A DNA stretch of 59,049 bases, the filler included. It is 4 parts of 4 records of this genome, joined end to end, with 100 filler letters (N's around TTAATTAATTAA, not from the genome) between each part and the next. Parts side by side here need not be neighbours in the genome. Positions count along the whole stretch, not along the records: positions 37,497 to 48,584 come from DRR723986_30331; positions 48,685 to 59,049 come from DRR723986_30353; 2 more parts are not named here. One strand, written 5' to 3'. The position numbers and the translations under genes were made by a program. Positions 41,003 through 51,220 of the stretch are shown here, piece by piece (the first letter of the stretch is position 1; the number at the start of each line of letters is the position of its first letter). The notes below the pieces were generated by a model. It was not told the origin of the DNA. It made no database searches and saw nothing but the letters and a program-made list of their open reading frames with translations.

Positions 41003-43273
41003 ATGGCGGACTCCAAACCGACACTCTTTCAGAAACTCCGCGAGTCGGACAGCAGCACGGAATTGCTTCCGGGTGGCATGCGGCATGCTCCCTGGTTGCG
41101 CTGGATCATCATTCTCGTGACGGCGATGGTATGTACACTTACATTCCCTCTCGTCTCCGAGTACAAATTCTCTGTGGCTGTTGGTTCTGAATGGTCGCGC
41201 GACACGGTCAAGGCCGAACGCTCTTTTACGATCTTCAAACCCGAACAACGCTATCAGGACGAACTCCAGAAGGCACGCGATAGTACACGTCAGGTGTTTA
41301 TCGTGCGCGAAGAAGTGCCGGAGCAGATACGACGTTTCCTTGAGGAATTCCCAAAGCCATTTTTGTTTTCCGCCGAGATGTCAGCCGACACCCTCGAAGA
41401 GCTCTCGGTACTTTCACGTGACGTGATCGACAGACTGATGCTGCTCAGCTTTGAGGAGCGGCGTAATTCCGTCAGCAGAGTTAGCCGCAAACTCACTGAT
41501 TTCCACGAGCGCATTTATGCCAGTGGGCTGATTGATATAGAGACCGGCTCAATTTCAACGCGCCAGATTGCTATTCAGGTCAACGCAGTTACCGAACAGC
41601 TGGTCTTCACTTCTACGCTGATTGACTTTACGGAGTACACTCGGCGCATGGAGAATCTCAATAATGAGCTCTCAGAAATTGAGCGGCTGATTGTTGATGA
41701 TCTTTCGGATCAGCTGCTGCGCCCAAATCTGATTTACTCGAACGAAATCACGCGCCAGAATCGCTACTTCGCTGAGCAGTCAGTCTTAAAGTCCAAAGGC
41801 ATAGTGGTTCAGGGTGAAGTCATCGTTGCTCCCGGCGAAGTCGTCACCAGTGAAGTCCTGGAGAAACTCTCTGCCCGTACAAATCGCGAAGGCGAACGCA
41901 GCTACTGGCAGAGCCTGGCGGGCAACCTGGTGCACGTGGGCCTGATACTTTCGATGCTACTGCTTTTTCTGCAGCGCATCCGCCCGCGCATTTTTGGCGA
42001 CAACTACCAGTTTTTGGGGCTGTGCTGCTGTCTGGTTCTGATTGCCGTCCTCGCGCGCATCAGCGTGGTGGAACTGGCACAGATTCCGGCGGAATTTCTG
42101 ATTATCGTGCCCGCCTGCTCGATGCTCGTGGCGATTCTCTACGACTCACGCACAGCCTTTTATACTACGATCTCAATGACTCTGCTGCTGGCCGGTGCGC
42201 GCGGAAATGACTATGAGACGGCACTTGTTGTTCTGATTGGCAGCACGTATGCAGCCTATACAGTGCGCGATCTGCGCAGCCGCACGCAGGTCTTTAAAGC
42301 CATGGCCTCAATCTTCTTTGGCTACAGCCTCGCCATCCTTGCCATAAGCATGCAGCATGCCACGCCAATTAGCCTGCTCGTCGAAAAATTGACATATGCG
42401 TCAATCAATGCGATTGTCTCGCCGATTTTGACGCTTGGCCTACTGTTTGTCATTGAGCGCATCTTTAATATTGCTTCAGACTTACGCCTGCTTGAGTACG
42501 ACAATCTCAATCACCCACTGCTCGTACAACTGGCCGAACACGCTCCGGGCACATTTCAGCACACGCGCTCCGTAGCGCACCTGGCTGAGAGTGCCGCAAA
42601 TGCTGTTGATGCCAACCCGATCCTGGCACGCGTCGGCACCTATTTTCACGACATCGGCAAGTTGGCCAAGTCCGAATATTTTGTTGAGAACCAGATTGGC
42701 ATTAACAACAAACACGATCGGCTGACGCCGCTAAAATCTGCCAACATCATTAAAGGTCACGTGAAAGCCGGCCTGGCTATGGCGCGCGAAAATCGTCTGC
42801 CGCGCCGCATCGTGGACTTTATTCCGATGCACCACGGCACAATGCTGATCAAACACTTTTATGCGCAGGCAGTCGAAAACGCTGCAGCTAAAGGCCAAAC
42901 GGTAGACGAAGAGAACTTCCGCTATCCCGGCCCTTTGCCCAACAGCAAAGAAACCGGTATTGTTATGCTCGCCGATACCGTTGAGGCGCTTTCGCGGACC
43001 CTCGATGGTGGTCGCGAGCAGCTGGATGCCGTCATCGATAAGATCATCAAGGAACGTTTGCTTGATGGCCAGCTTGACAAATGTGACTTGACGCTGCGTG
43101 ACCTCAACAAAATCAAAGATAGTTTTGTGCGCAATTTGATTGGCATGTCACACCAGCGCATCAAATACAAAACTTTACCCGGCGAGGGTGAAGGTCAAGC
43201 CGACGCGGCGGCTAAGAGCGATGAGGATGCCCCGAATTCCGCAAAAAGCTCCTCCTCCAAAACGCAATCCTGA
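41003..43273 (+). CDS. 7TM-HD (HDIG) phosphohydrolase, PgpH/YqfF-like, putative cyclic-di-AMP phosphodiesterase
   Basis: Extracellular domain, about seven TMs, APGTFQH, FHDIGK, YFVENQ, MHHGT, FRYPGPLP.SKETGIVMLAD. Confidence 0.92.
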   Translation: MADSKPTLFQKLRESDSSTELLPGGMRHAPWLRWIIILVTAMVCTLTFPLVSEYKFSVAVGSEWSRDTVKAERSFTIFKPEQRYQDELQKARDSTRQVFIVREEVPEQIRRFLEEFPKPFLFSAEMSADTLEELSVLSRDVIDRLMLLSFEERRNSVSRVSRKLTDFHERIYASGLIDIETGSISTRQIAIQVNAVTEQLVFTSTLIDFTEYTRRMENLNNELSEIERLIVDDLSDQLLRPNLIYSNEITRQNRYFAEQSVLKSKGIVVQGEVIVAPGEVVTSEVLEKLSARTNREGERSYWQSLAGNLVHVGLILSMLLLFLQRIRPRIFGDNYQFLGLCCCLVLIAVLARISVVELAQIPAEFLIIVPACSMLVAILYDSRTAFYTTISMTLLLAGARGNDYETALVVLIGSTYAAYTVRDLRSRTQVFKAMASIFFGYSLAILAISMQHATPISLLVEKLTYASINAIVSPILTLGLLFVIERIFNIASDLRLLEYDNLNHPLLVQLAEHAPGTFQHTRSVAHLAESAANAVDANPILARVGTYFHDIGKLAKSEYFVENQIGINNKHDRLTPLKSANIIKGHVKAGLAMARENRLPRRIVDFIPMHHGTMLIKHFYAQAVENAAAKGQTVDEENFRYPGPLPNSKETGIVMLADTVEALSRTLDGGREQLDAVIDKIIKERLLDGQLDKCDLTLRDLNKIKDSFVRNLIGMSHQRIKYKTLPGEGEGQADAAAKSDEDAPNSAKSSSSKTQS

Positions 43274-43279
43274 CCGGCC

Positions 43280-44227
43280 ATGGCAGACCTGCGAACACCG
43301 GCTCACAAAAACTCACAGCCGCTGCCACCTTCCCTGCAACGCCCGATCAGGCGTTACCTGCAGCATCTGGCGGTCGAGAAAGGCCTGTCCGGCAAAACCA
43401 ATGAATCTTATGCCGTGGACCTGCGCAACTTTGCCGAGTACATCCTAACGCGCGACATGCAGGACTTTGCGGCCGCCGACGAGCGCACCGTCATCGACTT
43501 TTTGACTAATCTGGAAGAACTGGGGCTGGCAGTCAGCTCGCGGGCACGCAAACTCTATGCCCTGCGTGGATTTTTTCAGTACATGATGCTCGCCCAGCTT
43601 GTGACGTCGGACTGCACCGAGCATGTCGATCTGCCTAAAGTGCGCCGCGTCCTGCCACCGACATTGACGATTGAGGAAATGCTCAGCATCATTCAATCGC
43701 CCGACACAGAAACGCCCGGCGGGCTGCGCAACCGCGCAATTCTGGAGACGCTCTACGCCTGCGGGCTACGGGCATCCGAGCTACTCAATTTACGGCGCCG
43801 CGATGTGCTTGAAGACATGGAAATTGTGCGCGTCATCGGCAAAGGCTCAAAAGAACGGATTGTACCCATCAGCCAGGAGGCGCTGCGCTGGATCGCGCGT
43901 TATCGCGATCAGGCACGCGTTTTGTTCCAGCGTGGCGCAGTCGCTACAGATGACATATTGTTCCTGAATCAGCGCGGCGGCCAGCTTTCGCGGATGTCAC
44001 TCTGGAACTTCGTCAAGCAGGCGGCAACTGCGGCTGGGATTTCGGTGCACGTGCACCCGCACATGTTCAGGCACTCCTTTGCAACACATTTGCTGGAAGG
44101 TGGCGCCGACCTGCGCGCCGTGCAGGAAATGCTCGGGCATGCCGACATCGCAACAACGCAGATTTATACGCATGTGGACCGCGAATATATTCGCGAAGTC
44201 CACCGGACTTTTCATCCGCGTGCCTAA
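43280..44227 (+). CDS. xerD: Site-specific tyrosine recombinase XerD
   Basis: LETLYACGLRASEL, GKGSKERIVP, HPHMFRHSFATHLLEGGADLRAVQEMLGHADIATTQIYTHV, terminal FHPRA. Confidence 0.93.
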   Translation: MADLRTPAHKNSQPLPPSLQRPIRRYLQHLAVEKGLSGKTNESYAVDLRNFAEYILTRDMQDFAAADERTVIDFLTNLEELGLAVSSRARKLYALRGFFQYMMLAQLVTSDCTEHVDLPKVRRVLPPTLTIEEMLSIIQSPDTETPGGLRNRAILETLYACGLRASELLNLRRRDVLEDMEIVRVIGKGSKERIVPISQEALRWIARYRDQARVLFQRGAVATDDILFLNQRGGQLSRMSLWNFVKQAATAAGISVHVHPHMFRHSFATHLLEGGADLRAVQEMLGHADIATTQIYTHVDREYIREVHRTFHPRA

Positions 44228-44426
44228 ATACAATCGGCATGGTTGCAGCGCCAACACATTCGCGGCATGCGCACGGTGCTGACCAACTATTCGGTCTAAG
44301 CTCATTATATATGAGCAGCCGACCGGCCGGCATGTAAATGCGCAAACACACTAGGTGCCGCCGACGATCGTGTAGCGGCCCGAACGCTTTTTTTGTGATA
44401 TGTTTATTCCGACCATCAATATTGAT

Positions 44427-45722
44427 ATGCACATGCGCTCGCTTCAGCTTCAACTCTTTGCCTTGACGTTCCTCCTGGGAATGATGGCCCTGGCCACCTC
44501 CATGGAGGCGCAGCCGCAATACCGCTATGATGTCAAACTTGGCATTGATGTGCTCGTAGAGCAAGACCTTGCTCCCCTGCATGGTAAACGCGTCGCCCTG
44601 GTCAGCAACCAGAGTGGACGGACACGCACGCTCAAGTCAACACTTGACGTGCTGGCGGACCACGACCAGGTCACTTTAAGTGCTGTTATGACGCCGGAAC
44701 ACGGCTACTACGGCGTGGCCCGCGCCGGCGAAGCTGTCGAAGACACAACCATGCCAACCATTCGTGATGTCCCCGCATATTCACTGTATGCCGGCTCACG
44801 GCGTCCGGCGGAATACATGCTTGACAGCTGCGATCTGGTTGTTTTTGACATTCAGGACGTTGGTGTGCGCTCGTATACATATTTGGGTACACTCTACCAC
44901 GTGATGGATGCCTGTGCCGAGTATGGTGTGCCCCTGATGGTGTTGGATCGCCCCAATCCACTCGGTGGCGAAAGTGTTGACGGCAACGTCATGGACTCCA
45001 CGATCCGCTCATTTGTTGGGATTGTGCCGGTTCCTTATATCCACGGCATGACTTTTGGTGAGCTGGCCAAGATGATCAATGCCGAAGGCTGGCTGCCAAC
45101 GCCCGAAGGTGATTCCACCGCACGGCGTTGTGAGCTGACCGTGGCCAAAATGGAAAACTGGAACCGCTGGATGGTGTGGGAAGACACGCAGTTCCGCTGG
45201 ATTCCTACCTCGCCACATGTGCCGACCGTTGATGCAATCCGCGGCATGGCAATGACCGGCGTATTTGGCGAGTTGAGCCTGCTGAATATTGGCGTGGGTT
45301 ATACGCTGCCTTTCCAGATGTTCGGCATGCCCGGCTTTAACCAAAAGTTCTTTTATGAACTGATCCGCACGAAAAACTTTGCCGGTATTGAGCTGGTACA
45401 AACCGAATTCAGACCGTTCTACGGCAAATTCGCGCGCGAAAACTGCCAGGGTTACCTGCTGCGCTTCTACAACACATTTAATTTTAGCCCCTATACCACC
45501 GGCATTGAACTGGTGCTGGCGCTGCGCAAAACACATCCGGAATTATTCGACGCCAAAATGATCAAGGAAGACCGCCAGGCCATGTTTGCCAAGGTCACCG
45601 GCAGCGAAGTCCTCTTTGAAAAACTGTATAATAATGCGACTGACCTGGAGATTCGTCAACTCACACGCGCAGGCGCAGAAGAATTTATTGAACAGCGCCT
45701 ACCTTACCTACTATATGACTAA
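44427..45722 (+). CDS. namZ: Exo-beta-N-acetylmuramidase NamZ family (DUF1343)
   Basis: Signal peptide; LGIDVL, PEHG, FDIQDVGVRSYTY, LDRPNPLGG, HGMTFGELA, WIPTSPH. Start could be 44400, 44427 or 44433. Confidence 0.92.
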   Translation: MHMRSLQLQLFALTFLLGMMALATSMEAQPQYRYDVKLGIDVLVEQDLAPLHGKRVALVSNQSGRTRTLKSTLDVLADHDQVTLSAVMTPEHGYYGVARAGEAVEDTTMPTIRDVPAYSLYAGSRRPAEYMLDSCDLVVFDIQDVGVRSYTYLGTLYHVMDACAEYGVPLMVLDRPNPLGGESVDGNVMDSTIRSFVGIVPVPYIHGMTFGELAKMINAEGWLPTPEGDSTARRCELTVAKMENWNRWMVWEDTQFRWIPTSPHVPTVDAIRGMAMTGVFGELSLLNIGVGYTLPFQMFGMPGFNQKFFYELIRTKNFAGIELVQTEFRPFYGKFARENCQGYLLRFYNTFNFSPYTTGIELVLALRKTHPELFDAKMIKEDRQAMFAKVTGSEVLFEKLYNNATDLEIRQLTRAGAEEFIEQRLPYLLYD

Positions 45723-45871
45723 GGCGCCGGGCAAAACAAAAGTGGCTTGCTTAATCAGGGGGCCCGTTGTAATTTCAGCATTATCTCCAGCGTAACACCT
45801 GGAAGCGATCTACAGTGTGATTCCACTATTGAGCCGTGGACGTCGCGCAGACAATTGGTTTTCGGAGAGTC

Positions 45872-46441
45872 ATGGAAGCAGACCTGCAGCAAAAACGTGA
45901 AGACTTTGAACGTGAAGCCGTGCCCCACATGGATGCTCTGTACAATTTTGCATTACATCTAACGCAAAAAAGCGAAGATGCGCAGGATTTGCTGCAGGAA
46001 ACGTTTTTAAAAGCATTTCGTTTCTTTGATTCGTTCAAACAAGGAACCAATTGCAAAGCTTGGCTGTTCCAGATCCTGAAAAATTCATTCATCAACCGCT
46101 ATCGCAAACAAACACGCGAGCCGACGAAGGTCAGCTACAACGAGGTCGAAGACTTTTACGAAACGATTCGATCTGACGACGTCAGCTTAAATGATTTGGA
46201 ACGCGAGCTTTTTGACAACGTCCTTGACGACGAAATGAGCGCGGCGATGGCAGCCCTGCCGGATAACTTCCGCGCAGTGTTGATTTTGAATGATCTGGAA
46301 AACTTTACCTATGAGGAAATTGCCGGAATCCTTGATATTCCAATCGGCACCGTACGGTCACGCCTGCACAGAGCACGGCGCGCCATGCGTGACAATCTGA
46401 TGGAATATGCGCGTAAGCGCGGCATTGTGCCCGGCAAATAG
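45872..46441 (+). CDS. ECF RNA polymerase sigma factor (SigH/SigR-like)
   Basis: DAQDLLQETFLKAF, GTNCKAWLFQILKNSFINRYRK, FTYEEIAGILDIPIGTVRSRLHRAR; GGAG upstream of ATG 45872 (alternative GTG at 45836). Confidence 0.95.
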   Translation: MEADLQQKREDFEREAVPHMDALYNFALHLTQKSEDAQDLLQETFLKAFRFFDSFKQGTNCKAWLFQILKNSFINRYRKQTREPTKVSYNEVEDFYETIRSDDVSLNDLERELFDNVLDDEMSAAMAALPDNFRAVLILNDLENFTYEEIAGILDIPIGTVRSRLHRARRAMRDNLMEYARKRGIVPGK

Positions 46442-46543
46442 AATCATTAAGAGCAATTTTAACGTTGCACGACCTCCATTACACACACTCTTGGATTTCG
46501 ATACGGCGTTGAACGTTCTCGAATTTCGATTACAGGTATCATC

Positions 46544-47407
46544 GTGGATTACAAAAAACTGGAGGAGTATGCGCATTCGCAGCTTGATGGTGAAAAGCTG
46601 ACGCCTGAACAAGAACAGGCCGTCAACGAAGCTCTCAAAACGAATGACAAACTCCGACTTGAAATGGCTGCCCTGCGTTCTACGAAACGCGCTATGGCAA
46701 AACATGCCGACACCCTGCGTGTTCAGGCACCCCGCGAAGTACGTATAGACATTCTGGAAAATATCCGGAACGAGGCGCGTGCGGGCGCTACAGCCGGTGC
46801 CAGACCGCGTGGACTGAGTGCATTGTTCGCCTCCCTCTTTGGCCAACATCGCCTGGCAATTGCCGGTGGACTCGTCCTCGTTGTCGCCATTGTCTATTTT
46901 TTCTCCCCCGCTGCGCAAGACCTGCCAAACGACGATCGTGTGGTTATGGGTTCTGCAGTCCCTGTTGACTTCATGGTTGACGTCATCAACGGATTCCATA
47001 CGGCGGAGAAAACAAACGGCAAGATCAGCAGCGAGTATCCCGCCATCACGCCCAATACCGATGAAGAATTACATGCGTTTTTCAGCGAAAATGGTGTAGA
47101 TTTCTCCTCGTGGGAAACTAGCCCACAAGTGCAGATCGTCGGCGCATACGTCACCAAAATGGAAGGTGAAGCCATCGGCCATGTGATTTATCGCGACGAA
47201 CAGAATGCTTTGCTCTGCCTCTGCCAGGTTCCAAGAACGCTTTTTGAGCGCAATTGCCTGAAGTTGGAAGACAAAGTGATGAACGATCTGAACGGAGATG
47301 GACGTTTTGAGTCCTCCGTCAACAACGACGTCAACGTGGCGATGCGTTGCAACGGTGAAACAATCACGACGGTTGTTGCGTCTCTCTCAACTTCCATCTT
47401 TGAATAA
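46544..47407 (+). CDS. Putative transmembrane anti-sigma factor
   Basis: Directly downstream of the ECF gene; N-terminal LDGEKLT..E..AV anti-sigma-like helix, single TM, extracytoplasmic domain. Confidence 0.75.
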   Translation: MDYKKLEEYAHSQLDGEKLTPEQEQAVNEALKTNDKLRLEMAALRSTKRAMAKHADTLRVQAPREVRIDILENIRNEARAGATAGARPRGLSALFASLFGQHRLAIAGGLVLVVAIVYFFSPAAQDLPNDDRVVMGSAVPVDFMVDVINGFHTAEKTNGKISSEYPAITPNTDEELHAFFSENGVDFSSWETSPQVQIVGAYVTKMEGEAIGHVIYRDEQNALLCLCQVPRTLFERNCLKLEDKVMNDLNGDGRFESSVNNDVNVAMRCNGETITTVVASLSTSIFE

Positions 47408-47488
47408 AGGTGGTGCTACCGCCAAATGAAGCTGAATTAGATGCAGGAGACTTGCATAATGTCATCATCCAGATCACTTATACAGAAT

Positions 47489-48118
47489 ATGCGTTCGTTG
47501 ATTAGCTTTTGCCTTGTTTTGCTCGGAGCCCTTACGCTGCATTCCTGCAGTTCCGGTGAAGGTGATATCAAGGTCAATGGCGAATCCGCACTTGAAGCTC
47601 CAAGCAATGCCGCCGCCATGGCTACCGTAGTTGGCGCAGCAACTCCACCTGTCTACGAATTGGCCTCAGTGGCAAGTTCTCCGGCAGGCAGCGGTCAAAT
47701 GTTTGACTTCGCATGGAACGCCAACGGCCAGGAACACTGGCTCTCAGAAGAAGCAGCCGGCAAAGTGGTATTCATTAATTTCTGGGGAACCTGGTGCCCA
47801 CCCTGCCGCAAGGAAATTCCAGACATCGTCGAAATTTCGAATGAGAACCCCGACGTCTACGTAATTGGTGTCGCCTTTGAAAAGGTCGCAGATCCAATCG
47901 CTGCGGTCGGAAAATTCGCCGCCAAATCCAACGTTCCATATGTCAACGTCACGGGCGGACGCAATTTGCTCTTCAAACTGGCAGATGCATACGGCGCCGG
48001 TAAATCCTTCCCCACGACGATCGTGATCAACAAGGAGGGCCGCATCATTGACCAGATCGTTGGCATGCGCAGTAAAGCCGAATTTATGACGTCGATTCAC
48101 AAGGCACGCCGCGGCTGA
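47489..48118 (+). CDS. TlpA-like thioredoxin (disulfide reductase) lipoprotein
   Basis: Lipobox LHSC; GKVVFINFWGTWCPPCRKEIP; cis-Pro motif FPTT. Confidence 0.93.
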   Translation: MRSLISFCLVLLGALTLHSCSSGEGDIKVNGESALEAPSNAAAMATVVGAATPPVYELASVASSPAGSGQMFDFAWNANGQEHWLSEEAAGKVVFINFWGTWCPPCRKEIPDIVEISNENPDVYVIGVAFEKVADPIAAVGKFAAKSNVPYVNVTGGRNLLFKLADAYGAGKSFPTTIVINKEGRIIDQIVGMRSKAEFMTSIHKARRG

Positions 48119-48154
48119 TAACTCTGCGGAAGAATAGAATCACAAAAAATTACG

Positions 48155-48187
48155 AGCCTGCTTCAGCGATGGAGTGGGCTTTTTTTT
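48155..48187 (+). terminator. Intrinsic terminator
   Basis: AGCCTGCTTCA-GCGA-TGGAGTGGGCT followed by a T run. Confidence 0.85.
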
Positions 48188-48584
48188 GTTCCGCCATGTA
48201 TTTTTGGGCGAGGTTTGAGCGCTTTGAGCCCTTTGCTCACCCTTCGGTTTCACGGCAGGTCTCAGGCTTTTTTGATTTTTTTGTTTGTTGTTGAGAGCAA
48301 AGACTAGAGGCAGGATTAAGACTTGGGGTCTCAGAGGTTTTGCGGCTGGATTGTAACGTATCCTTTTTGGTATTGTGGGCAACACGGTGGATTGAGAGAT
48401 CGACAGTTGCTCTGAATTCTGACGCTACAGTATGCAGCGCACTTTTCCGTTGGCGGACTTTGCACCTTGCTTAAGAGGCGCGAAAGTCCAATGATTTGCT
48501 GAATTTGTACCGTTAATTTTTTTTGGCTTGTGTTGGGTAGGTGCGTGCCTGTATTTTGTAGGTGGGGCTTGTTTCTAGCCCCAA

Positions 48585-48684
48585 NNNNNNNNNNNNNNNN
48601 NNNNNNNNNNNNNNNNNNNNNNNNNNNNTTAATTAATTAANNNNNNNNNNNNNNNNNNNNNNNNNNNNNNNNNNNNNNNNNNNN
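48585..48684. other. Artificial contig spacer
   Basis: N runs flanking TTAATTAATTAA. Confidence 0.98.
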
Positions 48685-48716
48685 CGAAGGCGAGAGACAG
48701 CTGCGAGTATCAGAAT

Positions 48717-51152
48717 CTATTGTTTAATAACTTTGCGGCTAAGTGTTGTTGATCCGTTGTTTAGACGCAAAATATACATGCCATCCGGTAGAGACGACAA
48801 GTCGATATCAGTTATGGCGCGCGCATCCTGTAATTGCAGCAGCACCTGCCCCAGACTGTTAACAAGTTCGACGTTAACACTCGTTCCAAAACCTGTGGCA
48901 TCGACGCTGATACGCCCCGAACTTGGATTGGGATACACGTTGACATAGGGATCGCTGCCGGGAATAAATTCCTGCGGAGCCTCCTCGCGTATCGGCTGCT
49001 CCTCGCTGATTGGCAAGCCCGAGCGCTGCAAGTCGCAGAAAGGTTGAGGCTCAATCTTGTAGGTACCGGCCTGCAGGAAAGAACTCTCAAACACATAAAT
49101 CGTCTGACCGGCGACAACGTCTATGTTCTGCGTTACCGTGGCATTGTTGAGCGTGATTGTCTGCTGTGCAACCACGTCGTGATCAATCGTGCCGGATTCG
49201 ACGATGTCAACAGGCAGGTAACGGAAGTATCGCGTCGCCTTCTGCTCGCCGCCGTTGTTAACTGTAATTCGAACGCGATAATATTTGCCGTATTCGAGAG
49301 TCACGCCCAGTTCCGCCCAGATATTATTGTCGATGACAATTTCATCTTCTTCGATTTTGCTCACAAAAATCCACGCGGCACTTGGCGTGCCAACGACGTT
49401 CTTGTTAACATCCGTTTCAACAAGTTGGACGTGAAACTTGTCGTAAAACACGCGGCATTTCCAATTTAAAGGGGGATTGGGTAAAACAAGGGCGACGTCT
49501 TCGATGTGATCGGGAATTTTACTACAACGCCACTCCTCGACGATACCCTTCCACTTCCACTTTGCCACCTCACACGGACCAATCGGCCCCAGTACGATGG
49601 TACTTGAGGGAACACATGGAACCGAACTCAGGTTTTTGTTGCCGTTAAGTGACATACCGTCATTTAACTCAGTGACACACTCATTATCTGCCAGGCCGGC
49701 AGCAGGCGCAGGACAAAATGTCGCTACCTCGGTTATCAGCGTGTTGTTGGGCGCAAGGGCATCCTTAAAAGCCTGATCTTTAAAGTTTTCGAACATCTTG
49801 CCATACCAGTCTGATTCGCCGTTGTCGCCATCAACACCAACACATTCGGAACGACCGCCGTGCAGCTGCCCAATGATTCTGCGGCTTGAGTTGTACAGGG
49901 GTGAACCGGAAGACCCTTTGGCCGTGACGCCGAGCGACCAGTCGACAATTCGAATGTGATCGTTTTCGTGCCAATTGCCGGTTCCCAGATATTCTGTTGA
50001 TGCTGTCTCAACGTCAGTTCTGCTGAACTTTTTAACATCAGCCTCCGGATGGTGAATACCAACGGCCTGGCTGACTTCACCATCGTGAGAACTGGTGCCA
50101 ATCCATCCGGAATAACAGATTCCGTGGCTTTCCAGAGTCTTTTGTTTCGTATTGAGGCGTAGTAAAAGATAGTCCGACTGCGGCCCGCCGCTGTGTTCAC
50201 GCGCAATTTTTTTAGAACCCGATATGGAGAGACCTCGATAGCGATAGTTAAATCCTTCAGCCGGGTTACAACGGTTGGTCTGATGTTGAAACTTAAACAC
50301 CCAAAGGTCAAACGCATAATCTGGCGTCTCGCTGCCGGCACAATGGCTTGCAGTCAGGAAGTAAGGATCACCAGAGAGGTTTGTAGTGTTAACCAAAGCA
50401 CCGCTGCAGTGTCCTGCCAGATTATTATGAAAGTCAAACTTCTGCACAAGCGCAACTGAGCTCGCCTCCTCTTTCCAGTCGGCAGTATGTGTTGTGCAGG
50501 CCACATTAACGTGACAGGGATCCGCAGTTCCATACTGTGGCGCCTCGCGCGAAAACAGATCGCGGAACACATGCACAACTTTGCCAACCGTGAGCGTCCC
50601 GGAATAGTCGGCCCATTCGGGCTCATAATATTCAAGGATTATACTGTTGCCCTCCAGGTACTCAAGGGCGAATTTCAGTTGGGATGTGATTCCAACGGGA
50701 TTATTTGCCGAAGTGTAAGCGCCCAAAACAGCGCTGCGGTCTTCATTGTAAACAAATAGGCGCGCACCGTATGGAATGTCAAACTCACTGAAGTAGAACT
50801 GGAGACCGTAGGCCGTTGGAGATTGAATGCGGACGAGCCGCACGATACTGCCGTCGGCCAGCGTATGCAGAGAGCCGCTCTGAATAAGATCAAGTGTTAC
50901 ATCGATTCCGGTACCATAGTACTGTTTACGGCAGTCGGTACATTCGGCATTGAGGATGGCATCGGCATTAATACGTTCACTATTGTTGTCCAGTGACGGC
51001 AAAGCCAACGTTGTCACGGCAGCACTTTCGAGTAACTGCATAACATTTGCATCCTGCATGCCGAGCGGCACTCCACCGGCACTTACCTGCGCGTGCAGGG
51101 AGTTTGTGCCCAACAGCGCCCAGCAAATCAATAAAACGATATATTTTTTCAT
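48717..51152 (-). CDS. Secreted trypsin-like serine protease (lysyl endopeptidase-like) with T9SS type A sorting domain
   Basis: Signal peptide, propeptide, CHVNVAC, CSGALVN, YFLTASHC, SDYLLL, GIHHP..DVKK, GSSGSPL, IGQLHGG; C-terminal VYPNPS..LPDGMYILRL..KVIK. Confidence 0.92.
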   Translation of the reverse strand: MKKYIVLLICWALLGTNSLHAQVSAGGVPLGMQDANVMQLLESAAVTTLALPSLDNNSERINADAILNAECTDCRKQYYGTGIDVTLDLIQSGSLHTLADGSIVRLVRIQSPTAYGLQFYFSEFDIPYGARLFVYNEDRSAVLGAYTSANNPVGITSQLKFALEYLEGNSIILEYYEPEWADYSGTLTVGKVVHVFRDLFSREAPQYGTADPCHVNVACTTHTADWKEEASSVALVQKFDFHNNLAGHCSGALVNTTNLSGDPYFLTASHCAGSETPDYAFDLWVFKFQHQTNRCNPAEGFNYRYRGLSISGSKKIAREHSGGPQSDYLLLRLNTKQKTLESHGICYSGWIGTSSHDGEVSQAVGIHHPEADVKKFSRTDVETASTEYLGTGNWHENDHIRIVDWSLGVTAKGSSGSPLYNSSRRIIGQLHGGRSECVGVDGDNGESDWYGKMFENFKDQAFKDALAPNNTLITEVATFCPAPAAGLADNECVTELNDGMSLNGNKNLSSVPCVPSSTIVLGPIGPCEVAKWKWKGIVEEWRCSKIPDHIEDVALVLPNPPLNWKCRVFYDKFHVQLVETDVNKNVVGTPSAAWIFVSKIEEDEIVIDNNIWAELGVTLEYGKYYRVRITVNNGGEQKATRYFRYLPVDIVESGTIDHDVVAQQTITLNNATVTQNIDVVAGQTIYVFESSFLQAGTYKIEPQPFCDLQRSGLPISEEQPIREEAPQEFIPGSDPYVNVYPNPSSGRISVDATGFGTSVNVELVNSLGQVLLQLQDARAITDIDLSSLPDGMYILRLNNGSTTLSRKVIKQ

Positions 51153-51220
51153 GGTATTGTATATGGATAATGTTTAACAATTCGTTTGTGAATTAGTCTT
51201 TGGCAAAACAAATTTCCGGC

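Noticed and set aside
39039-41248. 257-aa and 277-aa ORFs opposite the metallophosphoesterase and kbl genes
   Set aside because: Shadow ORFs overlapping well-supported genes in GC-rich DNA.
43280-44227. Tyrosine recombinase as a prophage or island integrase
   Set aside because: Canonical XerD motifs and size, embedded among housekeeping genes; no att sites or mobile cargo.
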